NCBI GenBank assembly: GCA_021323675.1
Contig: JAJPKP010000061.1
Coordinates: 11,955-75,954, forward strand
Reading direction: 5' to 3'
Length of the DNA stretch: 64,000 bases
Origin: Pseudomonadota bacterium
Lineage (GTDB): Bacteria > Desulfobacterota > Binatia > Binatales > Binataceae
Shown here: piece by piece, positions 9,045 through 18,444 of the stretch
Layout of the letters: every line of letters begins with the position of its first letter
Position numbering within the stretch: position 1 is the first letter of the stretch
Notes under the pieces: model-generated
Told to the model about the DNA's origin: nothing
Database searches by the model: none
The model's input: only the letters and a program-made list of their open reading frames with translations
Program-made: the position numbers and the translations under genes

Positions 9045-10796
9045 ATGAGCAGCACGGCAGCGGTTGCGGTTCACGGCGCCCACGGCGAGCATCACGAGCT
9101 CAGCTTCTGGCGCACTTACATCTTTTCCGAGGACCACAAGATGATCGGGCGCCAGTTCCTGTTCGTGGCGCTCTTCATGATGTCGATCGGCGGTCTGATG
9201 GCGATGCTGATGCGGCTGGATTTGGCGTGGCCGGACACGCAGTTCAGTTTCCTCAAGATCCTGCCGCAGTCGTTGCAGCAGGACAGCGCCATCACCGCCA
9301 ACACCTACAACGCCGAGTTCACGATGCACGCCACGATCATGATCTTCTTCGTGGTGATGCCGATCCTGGTGGGATGCTTCGGCAACTTCCTGATTCCGCT
9401 GATGATCGGCGCGCGCGACATGGCCTTTCCCAAGCTGAACATGCTCTCGTTCTGGGTCAGCGCGGTCGCGGGCGTAATCATGATGTCGTCGTTCTGGGTG
9501 CCGGGCGGGCCGGCGGCGGCGGGATGGACTTCCTATGCGCCGCTGAGCGCGGTGCCGCTCTACACCGGTGTCGATTGGGGGCAAAACCTCTGGTGCATCA
9601 GCATCATCGTGCTTGGGGTGGGGTCGCTGATGGGTTCGATAAACTACATCACGACCATCATCAACATGCGCACGAAGGGGATGACCTTCTTTCGGCTGCC
9701 GCTGGTGATATGGTCGCTCTTCATCACGGCAATCCTGCTGTTGCTCGCGCTGCCGGTCCTTACCACCGCGCTTGCGCTGCTCTTGTTCGACCGGATGGCG
9801 GGGACGCACTTTTTCCTGCCCGCGGGCGGCGGCGAACCGCTCCTATGGCAGCATCTGTTCTGGTTCTTCGGGCATCCCGAGGTTTACATCATGATCCTGC
9901 CCGGGATGGGCATCGCGTCGGAGTTGATCGCGACGTTCTCGCGCAAGCCGATTTTCGGTTACCGGGCGATGGCTTATGCGATGGCGGCGATTGCGTTTCT
10001 GTCATGGATCGTCTGGGGCCATCACATGTTTCAGTCGGGGATGGATCCGGCGCTGGGGCAGGGCTTTATGCTGACGACGATGGTTATCGCGGTGCCGTCG
10101 GCAATTAAGACCTTCAACTGGCTCGGCACGCTGTATAAGGGCGATATTCACTATACATCAGCGATGCTTAATGCGCTGTCGTTCGTGGCGATGTTCGTAA
10201 TCGGTGGATTGTCGGGCATTTTCATGGCCTGCACCCCGGTCGACATGTACATCCACGACACCTACTTCATCGTCGCTCACATCCACTATGTGCTGTTTGG
10301 CGGCAGTCTGTTCGCGGTCTTCGGGGGGATCGTTTACTGGTTTCCGAAGATGTTCGGACGTATGATGAATGAAACGCTAGCAAAGGTTCACTTCTGGATT
10401 ACGTTCGTTGCGTTCAACTGCACATTCTTTCCGATGCACATCCTTGGGATGGGCGGTCACATGCGCCGCATCTACAATCCGACGCAGTATGACTTTCTGA
10501 AGCCGCTCGAACCGGTCAACATGTTCATCTCGATCAGTGCTTTTGTGCTCGGCGCTGCGCAGTTCCTTCTGCTGGCGAACATGATCTGGAGCTATTACAA
10601 GGGCGAGAAGGCCACCGAAAATCCGTGGCATGCGAATACGCTCGAATGGAGCGCGCCGTCGCCTCCGGGACACGGCAACTGGCCGGGACCGGTGCCCGTG
10701 GTTTATCGCGGTCCGTACGAGTACAGCTCGCCCGAGTCGGCGGAGGATTACCTGCCGCAATGGCAGCCCGTGGAGCACGCGACGGCGGCCGATTGA
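9045..10796 (+). CDS. ctaD: cytochrome c oxidase subunit I
   Basis: 583 aa. 12 TM helices. Conserved haem-copper oxidase blocks ('GHPEVYI', 'HHMF', 'WAHHMF'-type His ligands). Confidence 0.95.
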   Translation: MSSTAAVAVHGAHGEHHELSFWRTYIFSEDHKMIGRQFLFVALFMMSIGGLMAMLMRLDLAWPDTQFSFLKILPQSLQQDSAITANTYNAEFTMHATIMIFFVVMPILVGCFGNFLIPLMIGARDMAFPKLNMLSFWVSAVAGVIMMSSFWVPGGPAAAGWTSYAPLSAVPLYTGVDWGQNLWCISIIVLGVGSLMGSINYITTIINMRTKGMTFFRLPLVIWSLFITAILLLLALPVLTTALALLLFDRMAGTHFFLPAGGGEPLLWQHLFWFFGHPEVYIMILPGMGIASELIATFSRKPIFGYRAMAYAMAAIAFLSWIVWGHHMFQSGMDPALGQGFMLTTMVIAVPSAIKTFNWLGTLYKGDIHYTSAMLNALSFVAMFVIGGLSGIFMACTPVDMYIHDTYFIVAHIHYVLFGGSLFAVFGGIVYWFPKMFGRMMNETLAKVHFWITFVAFNCTFFPMHILGMGGHMRRIYNPTQYDFLKPLEPVNMFISISAFVLGAAQFLLLANMIWSYYKGEKATENPWHANTLEWSAPSPPGHGNWPGPVPVVYRGPYEYSSPESAEDYLPQWQPVEHATAAD

Positions 10797-10816
10797 GGGC
10801 AGGTTCGTAGTAAAGG

Positions 10817-11803
10817 ATGGTTCAGAACCGGATTGCCGGCAGCGACAACGCCGCGCTCCATCGCTTCGCGATGTTCGCGGTGATTGCCACGTTCTGCCTG
10901 ATTTTTGTTGGCGGGCTGGTCACCTCGACCGGATCGGCGCTTGCCGTTCCTGACTGGCCGCTCGCGTTCGGCAAGCTGATCCCGGCCTGGCAAGGCGGAA
11001 TTCGCTTCGAATTCGGCCATCGCGTGGTCGCGGGCTTTGTCGTAATTGTCACGCTCATCCTCACGGCATGGGCGATGCGCGTGGAGCGGCGCAGATGGGT
11101 CCGCAATACGGCTCTGGCCGCCTTCGGCCTGATTATCGTCCAGGCAGTGCTGGGCGGTATCACCGTGTTGTTCGAATTGCCGCTTGCAATCGCGGTCACG
11201 CACGCGGCCACCGCGCAGGCGTTTTTCTGCGTGATGGTGTCGATTGCGATTTTCACCAATCCGCGATGGGAGCGTACGGTAAGACGCGAGGAACGCGAGG
11301 CGCATCCTCCGCTTGCAATTCTGGCCATAATCACCACCGCCGCGGTTTACCTTCAGATCCTGGTCGGCGCTCTGATGCGGCATCTGGGCGCGGGACTGGC
11401 CATCCCCGATTTTCCGCTGGCTTTCGGCCAGATCCTCCCGCCCTACTGGAACGAGTTCATCGCGGTAAATTTCGCGCATCGTATCGGAGCCGTAGTGGTC
11501 TCGGTGCTGGTCATCTGGACCGTAATCCGGGTGTTAAGGTTCCATCGGGAGGAAGCGCAATTGCGCCGCCCCGCGCTGGGACTGATCCTGCTGCTTGCGC
11601 TGCAGGTGTCGCTGGGCGCGCTGACGATCTGGAGCGGGCGCGCCGTGCTTCCCACCACCAGCCACGTCGCGGTCGGTGCGGCCGTGCTTGCCACCAGCCT
11701 TACACTGACCATCCGGTCCTGGCATCTCTTCGGGGTGCCGGGGCGCCGTGATGTTCTTCACGCGCAGGGTAACAACCTGGTCGCGCGCCGAGTGTCAGCA
11801 TGA
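10817..11803 (+). CDS. ctaA: haem A synthase (COX15/CtaA family)
   Basis: 328 aa polytopic membrane protein with paired His-containing helices ('FEFGHRVVAG', 'NFAHRIGAVV') characteristic of CtaA. Confidence 0.75.
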   Translation: MVQNRIAGSDNAALHRFAMFAVIATFCLIFVGGLVTSTGSALAVPDWPLAFGKLIPAWQGGIRFEFGHRVVAGFVVIVTLILTAWAMRVERRRWVRNTALAAFGLIIVQAVLGGITVLFELPLAIAVTHAATAQAFFCVMVSIAIFTNPRWERTVRREEREAHPPLAILAIITTAAVYLQILVGALMRHLGAGLAIPDFPLAFGQILPPYWNEFIAVNFAHRIGAVVVSVLVIWTVIRVLRFHREEAQLRRPALGLILLLALQVSLGALTIWSGRAVLPTTSHVAVGAAVLATSLTLTIRSWHLFGVPGRRDVLHAQGNNLVARRVSA

Positions 11804-12702
11804 GCGTCAAGGCTGAGGTGGCAAGTTCTGAAGCGATCGCGTGGCGCGCCAAGGCTTACGCCTATTTCGAGCTCACGAAGCCTCGCGTCGTAACGATGGT
11901 GCTGGTGACGACGCTGGCAGGCTTTTATCTTGCTGCGCCCGGCGGACTCGATCTGGCGCTCGCCATCAACCTGCTGGCCGGCACGGCGCTCGCGGCGGCC
12001 GGTACTCTTGCGCTCAATCAATACATGGAGCGGGACACGGATGCGCTGATGCTTCGCACGCGCCATCGCCCGCTTCCAGACGGCAGGCTGCGGCCGCTTG
12101 AAGCGCTGATATTCGGGCTTGCGGCGACCGCGGCGGGGCTTGGCTACCTGGCGGTCTCGACCAACTGGCTCTGCACGGCGATAACCGCCGCGATAACGGT
12201 TATCTATCTGTTCGCGTACACCCCGCTTAAACGCGTGACGTGGGCCTGCGACATCGTCGGCGCGATACCCGGCGCGCTGCCGCCGGTGGCGGGATGGGCG
12301 GCGGTGCGCGGGACGGTTGCGCTGCAGCCGATGGTGATGTTCGCGATCATGTTTCTGTGGCAACTGCCGCATACGTTCGCGGTGGCGCGCCTCTATCGCG
12401 ACGATTACCGCCGCGCCGGCATCAAGCTGCTTCCGGAAGACGCGCGATGGGGCAATCCGTCGGACATCGTGGTGATCGCCGCGTGCATCGCGCTCATCGT
12501 GGTCGGTATCGCGCCCACCCTGATGGGCGTCGCGGGGACACCGTACCTGGTGGTCGCGGCGGTGTTGAGCGCCGGGATGCTGGGTTTCGGGATCGCGATG
12601 GTTTCGGCGCCTGACGAGCCGCATCCCGCGCGACGGCTGCTGTTCGCATCGCTGGTTTACCTGCCGATCGTGCTGCTGATGATGGTGGTGGACAAGCTCT
12701 GA
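11800..12702 (+). CDS. ctaB: protohaem IX farnesyltransferase (haem O synthase)
   Basis: UbiA-family prenyltransferase. 4-nt overlap with ctaA. 'YMERDTDALMLRTRHRPLP' Asp-rich motif. Confidence 0.9.
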   Translation: MSVKAEVASSEAIAWRAKAYAYFELTKPRVVTMVLVTTLAGFYLAAPGGLDLALAINLLAGTALAAAGTLALNQYMERDTDALMLRTRHRPLPDGRLRPLEALIFGLAATAAGLGYLAVSTNWLCTAITAAITVIYLFAYTPLKRVTWACDIVGAIPGALPPVAGWAAVRGTVALQPMVMFAIMFLWQLPHTFAVARLYRDDYRRAGIKLLPEDARWGNPSDIVVIAACIALIVVGIAPTLMGVAGTPYLVVAAVLSAGMLGFGIAMVSAPDEPHPARRLLFASLVYLPIVLLMMVVDKL

Positions 12703-12713
12703 GGATTGACGCG

Positions 12714-12854
12714 ATGGAACCGCTGGTGAGCCGCCATGAAGTCCGGGATGAGAACCGCCGGGTTCTCAAGATCCTCATCGGCGTCATGGTGTTCCTGGTG
12801 ATGGTCTCGGTCGTAACGATCATGGCGAAACACGGAGGATTGAGACTCCCATGA
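12714..12854 (+). CDS. 46-aa single-TM small protein (not in ORF track)
   Basis: ATG 12714 'MEPLVSRHEVRDENRRVLKILIGVMVFLVMVSVVTIMAKHGGLRLP'. Its TGA overlaps the coxIII ATG (ATGA coupling at 12851-12854). Confidence 0.35.
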   Translation: MEPLVSRHEVRDENRRVLKILIGVMVFLVMVSVVTIMAKHGGLRLP

Positions 12855-13492
12855 CGGCGACGACCGCAAAGGTTCGCCCGATCCTTGCCGCGCAGCGCAG
12901 AGGCGGATATCGCGACGGGGGCGGCGACGAACGCGAACAGCAATTCATTCCGAGCGGCCTGCTCGCGGTGCTGATGCTGATTGCGTCGGAGATGATGCTG
13001 TTCAGCGGACTGATCGGGTCGTTCCTGATTTTCCGGATGTCGGCGCCGTTCTGGCCTCCGCCCTCGCTGCCGCACCTGCCGATCCAGGTGACGTGGGTGA
13101 ACACGTTCGTGCTGCTTGGGAGCGCGGGGACGATGTATCTGGCGGTGCGAGCGGTTCATCAGAACCGCCAGCGCCTGCTGCGCCAATGGCTCGTCGTTAC
13201 GCTGGTGCTGGGAGTTCTGTTTCTCGGCATACAGGGCTCTGAATGGGTGCGGCTGGTCGCGCACGGGCTGACGCTCCGCAGCGGAAACTATGGCGGGACG
13301 TTTTATGTGCTGATTGGATGCCACGGGGCGCACGTGACCGCGGCGGTAATCTGGCTTGCCGCGGTTACGGCGGTGGCGGTTCGCGGCCGTTACAACGCCC
13401 GCAACGCGGCGGGCGTCGAACGAATCGCCGCATACTGGTACTTCGTATGCGCGATCTGGCCGGTTCTGTTCGTGCTGGTCTACCTGATGTAG
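12851..13492 (+). CDS. coxC: cytochrome c oxidase subunit III family protein (copy 1)
   Basis: 213 aa, 5 TM helices. 'GCHGAHVTAAVIWL' and 'YWYFVCAIW' blocks of the COX3 family. Confidence 0.8.
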   Translation: MTATTAKVRPILAAQRRGGYRDGGGDEREQQFIPSGLLAVLMLIASEMMLFSGLIGSFLIFRMSAPFWPPPSLPHLPIQVTWVNTFVLLGSAGTMYLAVRAVHQNRQRLLRQWLVVTLVLGVLFLGIQGSEWVRLVAHGLTLRSGNYGGTFYVLIGCHGAHVTAAVIWLAAVTAVAVRGRYNARNAAGVERIAAYWYFVCAIWPVLFVLVYLM

Positions 13493-13512
13493 GCCGCAGG
13501 GGGATCGAAGCG

Positions 13513-13776
13513 ATGGAGAACAGGCGAGTGAAACTGATTGGCGCGGCGATGGGGGCGGCGATGATCGCCGCGGCGCCGCGGCTTGCGAATGCATGCGCGA
13601 TGTGCGGATTGCCGCCGGGCGACACCGCCGGCCACGCGTACAACGCGAGCGTGTTGTTCATGCTCGCCGGTCCGTATTTCACCGTTTTGGCGATCGGTGG
13701 AATCGTGTTCGCGGCCTGGAAACGCGCGCAGCGCAAGGCTCAGACGAATTCGGTTTCGTCCGTGGTGCGAAGGTAG
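13513..13776 (+). CDS. 88-aa membrane protein with CAMC motif (hypothetical)
   Basis: In-frame ATG inside table ORF 13243..13776. Signal/TM 'LIGAAMGAAMIAAAP', 'CAMCG', and a second TM helix. Sits between the two coxIII genes. Confidence 0.4.
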   Translation: MENRRVKLIGAAMGAAMIAAAPRLANACAMCGLPPGDTAGHAYNASVLFMLAGPYFTVLAIGGIVFAAWKRAQRKAQTNSVSSVVRR

Positions 13777-13956
13777 CCCGGGGGCCGCTGATGAGGTTAA
13801 TCAGGGGGCGAAGCGTGCGGTCCGCCCGCGCGGCGGAACGCGGCATCGTGATGCGCGAGAGCCGGGGGTTTTGAAGGCTTCGCCCGCCGATGTTTTTTCA
13901 TGTCAGGAGTTGGTTGACCGGAAGTTCACGAAACGTTCTTCGACGGGGAGACGAAG

Positions 13957-14577
13957 ATGAGTGAGGCTGCGGCAGCAGAAGTTCATGGACATGGAGCGGT
14001 AGCGGATCAGTACGAGCCGTCATTAACGCCGGGCAATTCCGGCAAGCTCGGGATGTGGACGTTCCTGGCGGGCGACGCGATGACGTTCGGCGCCGGCATC
14101 GCCGCCTACGGGGCGCTTCGCTATCAAAACGTCAATTGGCCCGACCCGGCGGATTGGCTCGGAATTTCGCTGACCGCGGTCATGACCTTCATCCTGATTT
14201 GTTCGAGCGTGACGATGGTCGAGGCGCTGTCTGGAATCACGCACGGCAATATCGCGAAGATGCAGCGTTTCCTGGGGCTTACGGTGCTCGGAGGAATCGC
14301 GTTTTTGGGATGCCAGGCTTACGAGTGGCATCACCTGATCTGGGGAGAGCATCTATCGATCAAGACCAGCCTGTTCAGCGCCACTTTCTTCATCCTGACC
14401 GGCTTTCACGGGCTTCACGTCACGGGCGGCGTGATCTACCTGGGCACGCTGCTGATGCATTCGTTCCAGCGCGCCTACACGGTTGCGGACGCAAAGCTGA
14501 TCGAGATTGCCGGCTTGTACTGGCACTTTGTCGATCTGGTGTGGATTTTGATCTTCACCTTTGTCTATCTGATCTAG
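13957..14577 (+). CDS. cytochrome c oxidase subunit III family protein (copy 2)
   Basis: 206 aa. 'GFHGLHVTGGVIYLGTLLMH' and 'YWHFVDLVWILIF' COX3 signature blocks. Confidence 0.8.
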   Translation: MSEAAAAEVHGHGAVADQYEPSLTPGNSGKLGMWTFLAGDAMTFGAGIAAYGALRYQNVNWPDPADWLGISLTAVMTFILICSSVTMVEALSGITHGNIAKMQRFLGLTVLGGIAFLGCQAYEWHHLIWGEHLSIKTSLFSATFFILTGFHGLHVTGGVIYLGTLLMHSFQRAYTVADAKLIEIAGLYWHFVDLVWILIFTFVYLI

Positions 14578-14614
14578 CGGCGCGCAGCGGGCAAGAGGGA
14601 GGAGCGATAGGACG

Positions 14615-15004
14615 ATGGCAACCGAGGTTTCCGGACATGAGGCTCACGCCGAGCCCAACTACATCGCAATCTTCATCTACCTGGCGATTCTGACCGGCGT
14701 GGAATTGCTCGTATACGCGATGAATTTTCCCACGGTGTTGAAGATCGGCCTGCTGGTCGCGCTGGCGATCGCGAAGGCGACCCTGGTCGCGATGTATTTC
14801 ATGCATCTGGCGATCGAGCGCAAAGGCCTTTGGGTGATCGCGGCCACTCCGATGGTGCTGGTCGCGTTTTGCTACCTGATGCTGCGGCCTGACCTGAGCT
14901 CCCGAGCGTGGACTCATCAGCGCCACCCCGAGGAACAAGTCGGAGTACATGAGAGCGCGGAAAGCGCTCCCCCGGTATCGCAGCCGGCCGCTCCGCAGTC
15001 TTAG
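14615..15004 (+). CDS. prokaryotic cytochrome c oxidase subunit IV family protein
   Basis: 129 aa. 'YIAIFIYLAILTGVEL' and 'KATLVAMYFMHL' match the bacterial COX4 (CtaF-like) pattern. Confidence 0.65.
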   Translation: MATEVSGHEAHAEPNYIAIFIYLAILTGVELLVYAMNFPTVLKIGLLVALAIAKATLVAMYFMHLAIERKGLWVIAATPMVLVAFCYLMLRPDLSSRAWTHQRHPEEQVGVHESAESAPPVSQPAAPQS

Positions 15005-15145
15005 CGGCGGAACTCCCTTCGCGGCGGGGAGTTCCTTTGCGGCTCGCCGCGCCATTTACGGGTTTACGGTCTCCAATCGCCAGGGCACCAGCCCAAGGGT
15101 CTCTTCGCTTGGTGCCTTGGTTCGTCTGTGGTTAATTGTCCCCCG

Positions 15146-15577
15146 ATGTTTTACTCAGCGCTCTCACCTCTAAACGCCATCCTGAACGGCACCGCGACGA
15201 TTCTGCTCATCGCAGGATTTATCTTCATCAAGCGCAGGCAGGTCGCGGCGCATCGCGCGTGCATGATCGCCGCGCTGATCGTCTCGGCGATATTCCTGGT
15301 CTCGTACCTCGTCTATCACTACCACGTGGGCGAGGTTCGCTTCGGCGGCACCGGATGGGTTCGGCCGGTCTATTTCGCGATCCTGATCCCACACATCATG
15401 CTGGCGGGCGTGATCGTTCCGCTCGCGCTGATCACTTTGTATTTCGCCCTGAAAGGGCGCTTCGCGACGCATCGGAAGGTCGCGCGATGGACGTGGCCGC
15501 TGTGGATCTACGTCTCGATCACCGGCGTGATCATCTACTTCATGCTGTATCAGCTTTATACGCCGATCATGCCGTAA
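15146..15577 (+). CDS. DUF420 family membrane protein (commonly linked to cox/SCO loci)
   Basis: Four TM helices with the conserved DUF420 arrangement. Table ORF starts at 15128. Confidence 0.65.
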   Translation: MFYSALSPLNAILNGTATILLIAGFIFIKRRQVAAHRACMIAALIVSAIFLVSYLVYHYHVGEVRFGGTGWVRPVYFAILIPHIMLAGVIVPLALITLYFALKGRFATHRKVARWTWPLWIYVSITGVIIYFMLYQLYTPIMP

Positions 15578-15618
15578 GCCGGCGTTCGTCAGCTCAGAAA
15601 ATGGGAAGGGGTGGAGTG

Positions 15619-15657
15619 GTGTCGCGGCGCTGGCTCGATATCCAGGCGCCGCGACAC
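15619..15657. other. perfect 12-bp stem hairpin between convergent DUF420 and GST genes
   Basis: Arms 'gtgtcgcggcgc' and 'gcgccgcgacac', 15-nt loop. No U-tract on either side. Confidence 0.3.
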
Positions 15658-15689
15658 GCGGAAAAGCGATGCTTACCCGGCTTCGGCGC

Positions 15690-16298
15690 TTACGCCTTGG
15701 CGCTCGGGCGGCTCGAGACCTCCTGATGCCATCGCGCCAGGTTCTTTTGGCCGTCCTGGATCCTGATGCCGGTGACGCGCCCGAAGTCGATGCCGATGAG
15801 CGCGGTGATGTCGGCGATCGTAAAACGATCACCGGCGACGAATTTCCGGTTCGCGAGCTCACCATCGAGCCATTCGAGCCGCTTGATCGCCGCGTTTTTG
15901 CAAATCTCCCCGTAGTCCGGCGACTGGGGAATCCGCCCCTTGAAAAACTCGCTGGTGTTACGGAAGGCGCCGGCCGTCATAGCGAGGACCTCGAACTCCA
16001 TGCGCCGGTTCCACATCTCGATGACGGCCTTTTCTTTGGCGTCTTTGCCCATCAGGTTGGGTTCCGGATGCAGTTCCTCGAAGTACCTGCAGATCGCGAC
16101 CGACTCGGCGATAAAGGTGCCGTCGTCGAGTTCGAGCACCGGCAGACCGCCCATCGGGTTTTTCTTCAGAAACTCGGGCTTGCGATTGTCGCCGGCCGCG
16201 ATGTTGACCTGCTCGTAAGGGACCGTAATTCCCTTTTCGGCAAGGAACACGCGCACGCGGCGCGGATTGGGAGCCTGGGTGAAATCATAGATTTTCAT
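15690..16298 (-). CDS. glutathione S-transferase
   Basis: 202 aa. N-terminal thioredoxin-like GST domain 'MKIYDF...NPMGGLPVLELDDGTFIAESVAICRYF'. C-terminal alpha domain. Confidence 0.85.
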   Translation of the reverse strand: MKIYDFTQAPNPRRVRVFLAEKGITVPYEQVNIAAGDNRKPEFLKKNPMGGLPVLELDDGTFIAESVAICRYFEELHPEPNLMGKDAKEKAVIEMWNRRMEFEVLAMTAGAFRNTSEFFKGRIPQSPDYGEICKNAAIKRLEWLDGELANRKFVAGDRFTIADITALIGIDFGRVTGIRIQDGQKNLARWHQEVSSRPSAKA

Positions 16299-16359
16299 AA
16301 TGGTTGCAATTTAAAACTGACATTGCGGGAACGTCAAGGGTTGGCGCGCGCCTCGCAAG

Positions 16360-17847
16360 CTACAGGGTGTGGCGACGATCGATAACGCGGCGTGCCTTGA
16401 ACTCGGTGCGCGGCAATGTGCCGGGCGGCTCGATCCGGATTTGCGGTCGCAGCTCGCATTTGCGAATCACTTCGGCTTCAAGCCGGCGCGACACTTCGGT
16501 CCGCGCGCCGTCATCCAGATGGACCCGCGTTTCCGCCACGATCGTGAACGCATCGAGCACTCCGTCGGTTTCGAGCACGATTTGGAATTCATCGTCGAGA
16601 CTCTCGATGCCGCGAACGATTTCCTCGATGACGCTGGGAAACAGTTTCAATCCGCGAATATTGAGCATGTCGTCGGCGCGCCCGCTGAATCCGCCCACCG
16701 CGCGCGCAAACGTCCGCCCGCAAACGCATCGCGAGGTGTCGAAGCTGGTGAAGTCTCCCACCAGGAAGCGCAACTGGGGCGATCCTTCCGAGTTGAGATT
16801 GGTAACGACGGTGAGGCCGCGTTCACCCGGCGCAACCGGTTCCATCGTTTCGGGATCGACCAGTTCCCAGATTTGCAAATCCTCCTGCACATGGGTTGAA
16901 ACCGGGCTCGACGCGAGTCCTTCGTGGCAGGTGTATGCCCATCCACCCGGCACCGCTTCGGTGCATCCGTAAACATCGTGCATCTCCGAGTCCCACGCGT
17001 CCTCGATTCGCCGGCGGGTGGAAGGGATACCGGATGCGGCCTCGCCGCCGCAGATGATCATCCGTATCGAACTGGCGCGCGGATCGATTCCCGCTCGGCG
17101 CATCGCGCCGGCCAGATGCAGAGCGTATGAAGGCGTGGCGGCCAGAATGGTTGGGCGGTAAAGGTCGATCATCGCGAGCCGGCGTTCAGTCGGAACGCCC
17201 CCCGGTACCACCGCGACCTTCATCAGATTGAAAGCGTAATGCAGCGACCAGAAGAAAACGTGCGGGTTATAGTTGGTGCAGGTGAGGGCAGTGTCTCCCG
17301 CCCGCACTCCCATCGCGTACAGCGCCCGCGCGCTGGTGATGGCCCACAGCCGCGCGTCGGTCTGCGTGTAGCGAAAGGATCGTGGAATCGCGGTGGTGCC
17401 GGACGTCGAAAACACCATCCATCCCCGCTCGCGCCAGACCTTGTCGCTGACAGGCGTGTAGGTTCCCCACGGGCGATTCTCGGCCACATCGGCTGCCATT
17501 GCGTCCTTGGTCATCACGGGGAATTTCGGGAGGTCGGCGACCGAGCGGATGTCGGCGGGAGTGAGCTTCGAGGCGCGAAAGCGCTCGCGGTAGAAGGGGC
17601 TCTCCTCGTACAAATAGGGCACCATCGCGCGCAACTTCTCTTGCTGTATCGCCAGGATTCGGCTGCGCGATGCGGTTTCCAGAGCCGGTGCCCAGATACG
17701 CTCCGACTTGGGAGTTTCGATACTTTTGGAAAACCGGTCCAACACCGCCAGCCATCGCTCGCGTGCGGTCAGGCGCTTCACGCGCCGCAATTTCGTTGGC
17801 AACTCTCTTCGCTTCGTCTGAGCCATCGTAACCAGGCAACCGTCCAA
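16360..17847 (-). CDS. phenylacetate-CoA ligase / coenzyme F390 synthetase-family adenylating enzyme
   Basis: 495 aa. 'VFSTSGTTAIPRSF' P-loop-like adenylation motif. 'DVYGCTE' block. PaaK/CapK-family architecture. Possible start at 'MAQTK' (17826). Confidence 0.7.
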   Translation of the reverse strand: MDGCLVTMAQTKRRELPTKLRRVKRLTARERWLAVLDRFSKSIETPKSERIWAPALETASRSRILAIQQEKLRAMVPYLYEESPFYRERFRASKLTPADIRSVADLPKFPVMTKDAMAADVAENRPWGTYTPVSDKVWRERGWMVFSTSGTTAIPRSFRYTQTDARLWAITSARALYAMGVRAGDTALTCTNYNPHVFFWSLHYAFNLMKVAVVPGGVPTERRLAMIDLYRPTILAATPSYALHLAGAMRRAGIDPRASSIRMIICGGEAASGIPSTRRRIEDAWDSEMHDVYGCTEAVPGGWAYTCHEGLASSPVSTHVQEDLQIWELVDPETMEPVAPGERGLTVVTNLNSEGSPQLRFLVGDFTSFDTSRCVCGRTFARAVGGFSGRADDMLNIRGLKLFPSVIEEIVRGIESLDDEFQIVLETDGVLDAFTIVAETRVHLDDGARTEVSRRLEAEVIRKCELRPQIRIEPPGTLPRTEFKARRVIDRRHTL

Positions 17848-18020
17848 TCAAGGCGGCCAAACCGCCCAAGCATAGCTCGCGCATTCTAGCAGGGTGGGCG
17901 TGAAAGTCGGCATTCGGGAAATCGTCCGAGGCTTGGGATGCCGCCCGCTTGTCGGGCCGCGGATGCGCGGGACGGCCGCTCATGATACGCATGCTTTTCA
18001 TGAGCACGGCAAGGGTGACG

Positions 18021-18317
18021 ATGATCTCAGTCCTGCATATTCATCAGGGACGCGAGGCGGAATTCGAGCAATTCGAAACGGAGGCGGCGCGAATCATGGC
18101 GCGGTATGGCGGCGCGATCGACCGCCGCATCCGCGTCGCGCCCGCCGACGGCCAGGACCTGCCGTACGAGGTCCATATCGTAAGTTTTCCGGACGATCGT
18201 TCGTTTCGAGAGTACCGCCGCGATTCGGACTTGCAGGCGCTCGCCGCTCTTCGATCGCGCGCGATTAGGGAAACGGTAATCTGGTCCGGAACCGATCTTC
18301 CGGGCTTCCGGGTCTGA
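18021..18317 (+). CDS. hypothetical small protein (possibly DUF1330-like)
   Basis: 99 aa from internal ATG of table ORF 17949..18317, starting 'MISVLHIHQGREAEFEQFE'. Weak resemblance to DUF1330/Dabb alpha+beta barrel proteins. Confidence 0.35.
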   Translation: MISVLHIHQGREAEFEQFETEAARIMARYGGAIDRRIRVAPADGQDLPYEVHIVSFPDDRSFREYRRDSDLQALAALRSRAIRETVIWSGTDLPGFRV

Positions 18318-18383
18318 GGCGGAATCGTCGGCCTTCGGGTGAGTGCAATGGCGGCAGTGAGCGCGCCGCCTCACGGGAAGCGC

Positions 18384-18417
18384 CAAAAAAAGGCGAGGGC
18401 CCGCAAGACCCTCGCCT
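18384..18417 (-). terminator. rho-independent terminator downstream of minus-strand hydrolase gene
   Basis: GC stem 'ggcgaggg...ccctcgcc' with a plus-strand A7 run at 18385-18391, which is a U7 tract after the hairpin on the minus strand. Confidence 0.5.
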
Positions 18418-18444
18418 GTCAGACCGGCAGAGTATGCGGTCTTT

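Noticed and set aside
8973-9809. 278-aa minus-strand ORF antisense to coxA
   Set aside because: His/Arg/Asp-rich composition. Antisense to a highly conserved gene.
11758-13594. 288-aa and 366-aa minus-strand ORFs antisense to ctaB/coxIII
   Set aside because: Arg/His-rich nonsense typical of the GC-rich antisense frame. No motifs.
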